29,799 nucleotides of DNA from the IMG/VR virus record IMGVR_UViG_3300020045_005649, positions 1-29,799 of that record; one strand, written 5' to 3'. The notes beneath the pieces were generated by a model, which did not search any database, was not told the DNA's origin, and saw nothing but the letters and a program-made list of their open reading frames with translations. The first letter of the stretch is position 1, and every line of letters starts with the position of its first letter. Shown in pieces: positions 15,968 to 23,555 of this stretch. Position numbers and translations under genes: made by a program. This DNA is from a virus. Lineage: Duplodnaviria > Caudoviricetes.

Positions 15968-17389
15968 CTACTGATCACCAAATGCAACCACTGCTAAGTT
16001 GATGTTATCGGTATCTGTCCCTGTGTTAGTGTTATATGTTCTTACTATAAGGGATCCGGCCACTTGACCTGTTCTTACTGAAGCCGCATTGGCAGTCCCT
16101 GCAGCAGTTACGCCGTTGGCTATAGCTACGTAGTTAGCAGAAGAAAAGTCAGTAGCTATAGTAATTGTTACGTTTCCGGCAGAAGTGTCCGTAATTGACG
16201 TTACGTTGTGACTAGCGTCCAGGGAGGGAGTTCCTCCGCTAACTGTCACGAACGCCCACATCTTAGCCACTCCAGGATGATACTGAGTTCTTCCAGGAGA
16301 TACCGCTGTGGTAGTTGAACTTGCCGCTTCCATCTCAGCCTGCGAAGAAGCCTGCAAGAACGTGAGATCGGCATCAGGTAGGGTGTAGGTACGGTCAGCT
16401 GTCAAAGTCCCCGCTATGGTGGCTTTACCGCCGCTATATGAGAAAGTCAAGTCTGCATTTGGCATTGTGCATGTTCGTTCTGCGGAAGCCGCCGAGGTGA
16501 AAACTTGCTGGGCTGTTCCAGTATTCTTAAACTCATAAGTAGTGGCTAAAGCGGCCCCTGCTCTTCTAGCCTGAAATTCAGCATATGTGTCTTCCGTCCC
16601 AGCGGTGATATCGTCTGCCACAAAAGCTAGCCGTCCAAAATTAGACGGGGATTCGTCTCCGCTCTCTCCATTAAATAATATTCCAGTTCCAATCCCAGCT
16701 GCGGGGGAGCCTGTTGTAGTATGCTGGAGAGTAATTAAATTAGTGACGTCACTATTGGTAGCGTTGTCTACTGAGAAAGATGTAGATTGAGAAGCTGCGC
16801 TATTAGTTACGTGCCAGTTCGAGCCGTCACAAATTAAAAGAGCTACATCATATTGAGTAGATAAGGTCAACGTAGCTGCACCATCAATTGTTTCAGAAGC
16901 ACTGCCGTCTATGATAACTGTATTAGCACTAGAATCTACTTTCTTAACTGCTATCTGAAACCCATCCCCGGCCGTAGCAGCGGCTACTAATGTGACAGTG
17001 ACTGTTCCGCTAGTAGCATCCGCTCGGATAACCTTATCCCTATCGGCTTCTAATACTGTGTAGTTAGATGTTTTCGATACAGTGGTCCACAGCTGTTCCG
17101 TAGAGAGAGCATTATCTATAGTCCAAATAGAAGACGTAGGGGGGTCTCCTGCTGCTGACGTAGCTAGAACAAACTTCATAGACTGGTTAATATAAATATC
17201 TTGGTCTAGGCGACCGTCAGAGTTTAACGTCATTGGATTCGAATTAGCTGTTCCGCCCCCAGAGTCTGTATACGTGTTAGCCTTAGTCGTAGTGCCTGCT
17301 TGGTACTGAAACAACTTATAACTGGCTGCGATAGACGAGCCATTAAACATGGTGGTTCCTTTATGGAAGAACCTTATTAATTTAGCCAC
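15968..17389 (-). CDS. Tail fibre/tailspike-slot protein with N-terminal virion-attachment domain
   Basis: YQAGTTTK..TYTD....NSNP..L.SDGR N-terminus typical of podovirus spike attachment domains; Thr/Ala/Gly-rich body; P22 gene 9 position. Confidence 0.8.
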   Translation of the reverse strand: MAKLIRFFHKGTTMFNGSSIAASYKLFQYQAGTTTKANTYTDSGGGTANSNPMTLNSDGRLDQDIYINQSMKFVLATSAAGDPPTSSIWTIDNALSTEQLWTTVSKTSNYTVLEADRDKVIRADATSGTVTVTLVAAATAGDGFQIAVKKVDSSANTVIIDGSASETIDGAATLTLSTQYDVALLICDGSNWHVTNSAASQSTSFSVDNATNSDVTNLITLQHTTTGSPAAGIGTGILFNGESGDESPSNFGRLAFVADDITAGTEDTYAEFQARRAGAALATTYEFKNTGTAQQVFTSAASAERTCTMPNADLTFSYSGGKATIAGTLTADRTYTLPDADLTFLQASSQAEMEAASSTTTAVSPGRTQYHPGVAKMWAFVTVSGGTPSLDASHNVTSITDTSAGNVTITIATDFSSANYVAIANGVTAAGTANAASVRTGQVAGSLIVRTYNTNTGTDTDNINLAVVAFGDQ

Positions 17390-17400
17390 TACGTATTCCT

Positions 17401-17476
17401 CTTGATTATTTCTAATATGTATGCTATACTTGACTTATCGTCCGGGCAATCTATTACTATATAGTTACTGGGGAGT
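17401..17476 (+). repeat. Copy B of the 76-bp promoter/leader/RBS cassette (inverted relative to 2467-2542), with no downstream start codon
   Basis: 70/76 identity by manual alignment; TTGATT 17402-17407, N17, TATACT 17425-17430; GGGGAG followed by TTCT-ATC rather than TACT-ATG. Confidence 0.93.
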
Positions 17477-17477
17477 T

Positions 17478-19382
17478 CTATCTCCAATCTTCCTTTTTAT
17501 GGTATAAACTACCGTCTTGATTCATTAAGAATCCTCCTCTTCCAAGATTTTCTTCTATCTTACTGGCCATGTAATCATAAGCAGACTTAGACATCTTTTT
17601 AGTCAGAGCGCCAAATGCTTTCTTTAGCCAAGGATGGTTAGAGATATACATTATGGCAGGATAAGAAGCTGCCACAGCTACTCCTCCTACCAACCCTCCG
17701 GCTGCTGTTCCAGCAGCCACTGCTCCTCCTAATGCGGGCACTAAAGCAGCTTGTGGATACCAACCAGTATGTTTAGCTTCATTAATAACTTTGAGGTATT
17801 TATTTAATCCTTTAATAGAACTATAAGTCTCATTCCCAAGAAGGTCTGGAGCGTACGTAGAGTTACCGGTCGCTTTAATAAACTTCCCTAAGTCTATATC
17901 TCCTGCACCTGTGTCTGCTTCTTCTAATGCTTTGGCTATCCAAGCTGCTTTAGTAGCATCTTGTCCGCTTTGACTCATCTTGCTCATTACTTTATCTTTA
18001 GGATATTTAGGAGCATTACTTAATAAGTTTTTAATGATGTTATTAGCAGAAATTTCACTAGACAAGGCGGCTTTAAGTTGAGGTATTTCTTTATATATCT
18101 CGTACTTCCGAGCAGTGTACTCCCTAGCTCCAGCAAATTGTTTTAGTTCTTGTGTAGATAAAGAGTCTCCTATTTTATCTAGAATTTGATCTTTCAACTT
18201 AAATAAATCGTCTGCCGCTCCCTTCATAAGAGGGTTCTTTTGAGCAGCTAGGTTTGCTGCAACTCCCCCGTCCCCTATTAAGGACTGGAGGTTCTTAGCG
18301 TCTTCTACTGTTAATATTTTCTTTTTCAGAACATTCTCGGTTAGAGTATCTAAATAAGACGGTAGTTGAGCTTTATCAAAAATAGTTTGAGCTCGAGTAA
18401 ATAATTGTTTAATTCCATCACTATCTGTTACAGATTTTGATTTTGCTACAGATTCCCAAATTTCTGTTTCTCCCTTTTTAATTTTTTGTAGCCCACTTTG
18501 TAACTTTGTACCAGCGAATTCTATCAAGTCCTTAGCTGACATAGCCTCTGGTTGATTAGATATTTTTCGGATTAAATTTTGTATCACTGGCCCGACACTT
18601 TCTATTTGTCTGGCTCTAGCCCCTAATCCTGTTAGAGCAGGAGCCGAGTCTAAGAATTTCTGAAGAGCGGTTCTGGCAGGCCCTTTTTTCATTACATCTC
18701 TAGGTAACAGCCCGGGGAACACTTCACTTCCTTCCTGAAGAGCCTTAGATTTTTCTAACCAACCAGTTACCTTAGTTCCCAAAGCTGGAGCCAGATATGC
18801 GGCAGGATTATTTAACGCCTCTGAAGCCGCTTCTGTATTAAATGGTTGGTCTGGTTGGTTTGGATTATATCTATAACCTTCTTGAGCTGCTAATATACCG
18901 GCTCCGCCGGCCATAGAGGCCCCATACTTACCTAAAGTTTGGAACCCTGTAGGTAGGGCTCGTCCCAGGGCCGAAGCTCCCTTCATGAGGCCTCCATAGG
19001 CCCCCCCGAAGGGGGTAGTTATTCCTAATTCCCCTATTAATTCTGCTGCCTGTGCTCCAATAGGAGAGTCTTTTTTAGCTTGTTGGTACCAATCTTCTGT
19101 CATCTTATCTACGTTTTTAACTGACTGTCTAATCCGTTCACTGGGAATTAAAGACATAATCTTGTAAGTAAAATGAGTTACGCCTCTATGAGTTCCTGCA
19201 AGAACTGCGTTAGCAGCTTTCTGTAAACTTTCCACAGATGAAGGAGGAGTTTGAAGATTAGAACCACTCATTAAAAATGCTTTGGTGTCTAATTTAGTAG
19301 AAGGAGTAAATTCTTGTGCGTCTGCTTCTATGCCAGATGGTTCAGGGGTATAGAATTCTTGTGCATCATCTTCTATAGACAT
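17478..19382 (-). CDS. Large DNA ejection/internal virion protein (P22 gp16 position)
   Basis: Ala/Gly/Lys-rich helical composition, hydrophobic Gly/Ala stretches, N-terminal repeat IE(D/A)DAQEF; synteny. Confidence 0.65.
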   Translation of the reverse strand: MSIEDDAQEFYTPEPSGIEADAQEFTPSTKLDTKAFLMSGSNLQTPPSSVESLQKAANAVLAGTHRGVTHFTYKIMSLIPSERIRQSVKNVDKMTEDWYQQAKKDSPIGAQAAELIGELGITTPFGGAYGGLMKGASALGRALPTGFQTLGKYGASMAGGAGILAAQEGYRYNPNQPDQPFNTEAASEALNNPAAYLAPALGTKVTGWLEKSKALQEGSEVFPGLLPRDVMKKGPARTALQKFLDSAPALTGLGARARQIESVGPVIQNLIRKISNQPEAMSAKDLIEFAGTKLQSGLQKIKKGETEIWESVAKSKSVTDSDGIKQLFTRAQTIFDKAQLPSYLDTLTENVLKKKILTVEDAKNLQSLIGDGGVAANLAAQKNPLMKGAADDLFKLKDQILDKIGDSLSTQELKQFAGAREYTARKYEIYKEIPQLKAALSSEISANNIIKNLLSNAPKYPKDKVMSKMSQSGQDATKAAWIAKALEEADTGAGDIDLGKFIKATGNSTYAPDLLGNETYSSIKGLNKYLKVINEAKHTGWYPQAALVPALGGAVAAGTAAGGLVGGVAVAASYPAIMYISNHPWLKKAFGALTKKMSKSAYDYMASKIEENLGRGGFLMNQDGSLYHKKEDWR

Positions 19383-19860
19383 TATTTAGTACCTCTTTCA
19401 TTTGTTCTACTGTGTAGTGACATCTTTGACCGTAATATGACTTCCCTGTGTTAGGATTAGGTAAGGAGGCCCATTCTTTTGAAATATTCTTCATGAAAGT
19501 GTGCGAGGACATGGTGTTTCCTAAGAATTTTTGTAGCCCTCTTTCATCCAGAAGCTCTATAGCAAACTTATCTTGTATCTCGTTAGAGAATATCTCATCT
19601 TGAGATACATTTAGTTTGTCTTGTATTCTCTTTAAAGTTTTTCTGATAAATTGATACTTTCCTACAGCACTAGACACGGCACCGTGGGTGACCATATGAT
19701 CTTGTAGGGCTTTAACTTCTTTAAGGGTTAGTTGGGAGACGGGTTTGAATCCTTTAGAGTATTTACCTCTGCCCAGGGTTAGGTCATAAGGATTCCCTTC
19801 CCAGTATCCAGGACGTGAACCTTCTGCGGCTCCGATGGCATTTAGTAAGATATTTATCAT
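19366..19860 (-). CDS. Lysozyme/lytic transglycosylase, lambda R-like (GH104)
   Basis: IGAAEGS, SAVGKYQF, FS...QD..A..LL..RG, EWASLP, SYYGQ. Confidence 0.88.
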   Translation of the reverse strand: MINILLNAIGAAEGSRPGYWEGNPYDLTLGRGKYSKGFKPVSQLTLKEVKALQDHMVTHGAVSSAVGKYQFIRKTLKRIQDKLNVSQDEIFSNEIQDKFAIELLDERGLQKFLGNTMSSHTFMKNISKEWASLPNPNTGKSYYGQRCHYTVEQMKEVLNNVYRR

Positions 19861-21143
19861 TTATTCCTCTTGGAGTCTATATAGGTTTCGATTTCTTCGT
19901 CGGAGTATTTATTTTTCTTTTTTAAGAACTGCCGTAACTCATTATAATTATCAGGAGGAGCTTCTTCGTCTTTTGAGGGTAGAACGAAATCTTTCATTTG
20001 CTTATTATATTCCTTCGAACCTAATGGGATCTTATTTTTTAGCAGGTTTTGTCTATGTTCTTTTATTCCATTAAACCAGTCAAATAATGCTTGACTACGT
20101 CCCTCGAATTGAGATTTAGTTGTTGAGGCTCCTATAGAAGGTAGAATGGATTTTAAATACTCTAATTGGGCATCTGTATAGGCCACACCAGATAACTGTT
20201 TAATAATTTGTAGAGAAAGCCCTTCTGCTTTTCCTTGAAATGAACTATATTTTTTAAGGTCTGCTTTTGCTTCTTTTGAAGGAGAGACAAACTTACCGAT
20301 TCCCGGAATATTTTCTCCCCATTCTTGAGCCTTAGTAGCTTGTTGCCCTAAACTAGAGGCGCCAAAGAAATTATCTGGTACTTGGGAAAACAAATCTTCA
20401 AGTTGTCTTATATTATCTTCAGACATTACGATATCTTTTTGAGCCTGGGTTTTTGTCGCAGCCGATAATTCAGAGGTATCAGGGGAGACTTCCTCAGTTC
20501 CCTTCTGCGAGTCTTTGTATTTATTTGCTAGCCCATATTGCATCGCTTTGAATTCTAGACCTCTTTTAAATTGAGATAATGGTAACTTGGATGCAGCGTC
20601 CACTTCCTCACTAGTTAGGTATTTATTTGCTCTTGCTATCTTTAAACCTTCATTTCTTATTTGATGAGCTTCTTCGGGAGTAGAGGCTTGATCTAGCATG
20701 TTTTTAAATTGAAGGGCAAACTCTCCCTTTTCCTTAGTAGACGCATCATCTTCATCTAATAATTTAGTCATTTCTTTTTGAAGGCTTTCTAACACTTTTT
20801 GTTGAGGATTAGCTTGTTGTTGAGTTTGATTTAATTGAGGTTGATTCAAAGCTGCTAACTGCTGCTTTAACTCCTCTACATTAGGAATAGACTGGGGGTA
20901 AGAAGACCCTCCACCGGAACCTCTTGAAGAAGCTAATGTTTGGTAATCTTGGGAGCGAGCTTGTTGTTGGAGGGCCAATAGTTTGTACAACTCCTCTTTC
21001 TTAGCTTGGTCCTGTTGCATATTTAATTGCAGAGCTTTAAGCCCTAGTTCTCCTGGAACTGGTAAATTTAAGTTTGTGTCTCCTCTACTAGCTAAAGCTG
21101 CTAACCCAGATAAATTAGCTGGGCTAATGTCTAGTCCTGCCAT
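19857..21143 (-). CDS. DNA ejection protein (P22 gp20 position)
   Basis: Gln-rich coiled-coil character, SGVAYTDAQLEYL; synteny. Confidence 0.6.
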   Translation of the reverse strand: MAGLDISPANLSGLAALASRGDTNLNLPVPGELGLKALQLNMQQDQAKKEELYKLLALQQQARSQDYQTLASSRGSGGGSSYPQSIPNVEELKQQLAALNQPQLNQTQQQANPQQKVLESLQKEMTKLLDEDDASTKEKGEFALQFKNMLDQASTPEEAHQIRNEGLKIARANKYLTSEEVDAASKLPLSQFKRGLEFKAMQYGLANKYKDSQKGTEEVSPDTSELSAATKTQAQKDIVMSEDNIRQLEDLFSQVPDNFFGASSLGQQATKAQEWGENIPGIGKFVSPSKEAKADLKKYSSFQGKAEGLSLQIIKQLSGVAYTDAQLEYLKSILPSIGASTTKSQFEGRSQALFDWFNGIKEHRQNLLKNKIPLGSKEYNKQMKDFVLPSKDEEAPPDNYNELRQFLKKKNKYSDEEIETYIDSKRNK

Positions 21144-21154
21144 CTTATTTCCTC

Positions 21155-22645
21155 CTAAAATGATCCAGTATTTCGGCTTGCTATAGCAGCAGAAAGATTA
21201 GTAGCTTGGTTGGCTGCGTTTACCTGTGCCTGCATCTGAGCTGCCTGTAGCAAATTATTTGTTTGAGCAGCACCTGTGTTAGTAAAGGCCCCTAAGCCGC
21301 CTGTTCCTTGATTCGCGAACAGCGAAGCAAGTCCTGCTCCCATTCCAGAGGTTGTTTGGCCTAAGTTTTGCCCTAAATTCATAGCATATTCGGCACCGGT
21401 GCTTCCTCCCGCTAACCCTGCTAATCTATTTTGGTAGTCTCCATACATTTGAGTTTGTCGGTTTAACCAATTGTCATAGTCCTGCATAGCCATATTTTGG
21501 GCTCTATCTTGTAATCCCCTCATAGCACTGCCTGACTCTAGAAGGCCTTTTGATGCGTAATTTTGTTGCATCTGGCGCATAGCCTCGCTGACTGCATACT
21601 GATAACCTGGACTTTGTTGATATCTCTGAGTAGCGTCTCCTCCAAAAAGAAGTTGATATCCGGGAGTCTGGTAATAACTGTTTAAAGCAGACTGAGGAGT
21701 AGCTCTAGACATATCAGTTGGTTGGCCTTGAATCCCCGGTAACTGTCCGGGAATTCCGGATGGTTGACTCGATTGATTCGGAAAATAGCTCGATGTAGGT
21801 AAAGTAGATAATGCTGAAGGTTGAGATGGAACAGAGAAACTGCCTGAGCCTATACTAGAAGGAGTAAAAGATAAAGGGGCTTGATTCGTTGAGGAGGTTT
21901 GCTTAATCGCATCTTCTAAGTTGTTGCTTCCTGCGGGGCCTGAGACTAATACTCTTCCATTATCTCCGCTTCCCCCGCCTCCTCCGCCTTCTTGTTGTTT
22001 TCGTTGGGTTAGTACCGAAGGAACTGTTCTACCGATAGGAGTCTCTCCGACAACTAAAGGGGGTCCTGAGTCAGTTGATGTTTCATACGGAGAGGGGGCA
22101 GACTCTAAATATTGAGATGGGTAAGTACTAAGACCGGTTTGGCCTCCTCCCCCTTCTGATATAGGTTGGCTTCCTCCTTCTGAGATACTTGGTATATAGC
22201 TTTGAGAAGCATCGTATAGCGGACTATACGCCCCATAAATTGCTCCCTCTTCTAATGCTGAAGGGCCATCACTCGAGATTTTCTGTAATACATTATTGGC
22301 TGTTTCTGTAGGGGATTTTCCTGACATAGAACTAAAATCAATACCGAACTGTTTCCCTAAAGCTGCTAAAACTTCTGGAAGTTTTTCTTGGGCGTAAAAA
22401 TTAAGTGGTTGAGTAGCCCCGTAAATTAAGTTAAGTACGTATTTAGATATTCCCGAGGACGAGGCTAAACTAGACAAATCATTAGGATTAAAATTAGACC
22501 CGGTACCATAATTAAACCCGGAGGCTCCTTGTGTTAATAATGGGGGCATCTGTGTTTGGGTTTGGGGCGTTAGTGGGCTATTAGGAAGCGACAGAGTCGG
22601 CCCATAATTAATCCCAGAAGCTCCTTGAAATATTGAGTCTACCAT
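21155..22645 (-). CDS. DNA ejection/transfer protein (gp7-like C-terminal region, long Ser/Gly/Pro-rich N-terminal region)
   Basis: TPGYQ/SPGYQ...AS.GLL.SG.AMR.L motif and Gly/Ala/Gln-rich tail. Confidence 0.7.
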   Translation of the reverse strand: MVDSIFQGASGINYGPTLSLPNSPLTPQTQTQMPPLLTQGASGFNYGTGSNFNPNDLSSLASSSGISKYVLNLIYGATQPLNFYAQEKLPEVLAALGKQFGIDFSSMSGKSPTETANNVLQKISSDGPSALEEGAIYGAYSPLYDASQSYIPSISEGGSQPISEGGGGQTGLSTYPSQYLESAPSPYETSTDSGPPLVVGETPIGRTVPSVLTQRKQQEGGGGGGSGDNGRVLVSGPAGSNNLEDAIKQTSSTNQAPLSFTPSSIGSGSFSVPSQPSALSTLPTSSYFPNQSSQPSGIPGQLPGIQGQPTDMSRATPQSALNSYYQTPGYQLLFGGDATQRYQQSPGYQYAVSEAMRQMQQNYASKGLLESGSAMRGLQDRAQNMAMQDYDNWLNRQTQMYGDYQNRLAGLAGGSTGAEYAMNLGQNLGQTTSGMGAGLASLFANQGTGGLGAFTNTGAAQTNNLLQAAQMQAQVNAANQATNLSAAIASRNTGSF

Positions 22646-22649
22646 ACGT

Positions 22650-23054
22650 TTATACTCCTCCTTGGAATAAAGAAGGGTTCCTATTTACCCATTGAGGTTG
22701 ATTTAAAGGTCCTTGTTGTGCGTATTGGGCGCTACCCATTGTTGGCCTAGATAATCCTAACAAGTCTTGGTAGGCGTCTAATGCTTGGTATGTAGCTAAC
22801 CTTTGAGGTGCCTGTAATGCCTGAGCTGTTTGAAATCCTTCTCTTTGTTGTTGTTCAGATTGCTTGGTAGAAGTCTGTATGACGTCTGAAGCTAACTGAG
22901 AATACTTCTCAGAATAAGGTAATCCTTGAGCTAAAGCATTTTGTAAATAAGTATTTGCTTGGGTTGCCCAGTCGCTTGAGTTAAAATTCAATAAGTACTT
23001 ACTAATATCAACTGACTGTTGACCATCTTCTCCTTGTGTTCCCCCGATTGACAT
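22650..23054 (-). CDS. Small ejection protein (resembles the N-terminal half of gp7-like proteins)
   Basis: QQQREGFQTAQALQAPQRLATYQALDAYQDLLGL; position after the GNAT gene. Confidence 0.55.
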   Translation of the reverse strand: MSIGGTQGEDGQQSVDISKYLLNFNSSDWATQANTYLQNALAQGLPYSEKYSQLASDVIQTSTKQSEQQQREGFQTAQALQAPQRLATYQALDAYQDLLGLSRPTMGSAQYAQQGPLNQPQWVNRNPSLFQGGV

Positions 23055-23111
23055 ATCACTTCCTCCTCTTTGAGGAGAAGAGATGGATCACTTTTGTTAT
23101 TGACATGTTAA

Positions 23112-23555
23112 TTACTCCTCCCCTTTAAATTCTAGTAAATATTGATCTAATAATTCACCGTCTTTCTTAAACGATTTTGTCACAGTGTGGATATATTTAA
23201 ACCCTACTTTTTCTGCATATCTTTTAGCATTTTTATACGGAGTTAAAGCTAAAAACTTATTCACTCCATATACGTCTTTCATATACTGTATAACTAATTT
23301 TCCCCATATTTCTGAGTCTTGTCCTCTATGTTGCTTATGTATAATAATATGAGGAATCCATAAAGAGAAGTTTAAATATTCTAGTTTTATTACACCTGTA
23401 GTTTCACTATTGTCATATAATATAAACCACAAAGAATTTTTAACGTCTGGTATGAATCTATCTAGGGATGGACTGCCATCATAAGTGAATCCATCATAGA
23501 CGTTATCTTGTTCCAGAATAGACTTAATTAAGTCAATATCTTGAGAGAGTTTTAT
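23112..23555 (-). CDS. GNAT-fold virion assembly protein (P22 gp14-like); ORF track gives only 23112-23432
   Basis: HIIIHKQHRG, AKRYAEKVGFK, SFKKDGELLDQ; frame stays open to about 23573; position between the needle and ejection genes. Confidence 0.75.
   Translation of the reverse strand: MKLSQDIDLIKSILEQDNVYDGFTYDGSPSLDRFIPDVKNSLWFILYDNSETTGVIKLEYLNFSLWIPHIIIHKQHRGQDSEIWGKLVIQYMKDVYGVNKFLALTPYKNAKRYAEKVGFKYIHTVTKSFKKDGELLDQYLLEFKGEE

Noticed and set aside
2467-17476. Terminal inverted repeats of a transposon, or att sites
   Set aside because: No transposase or recombinase in the window, no target duplication seen, the enclosed segment holds core phage genes, and the repeat reads as a promoter and RBS
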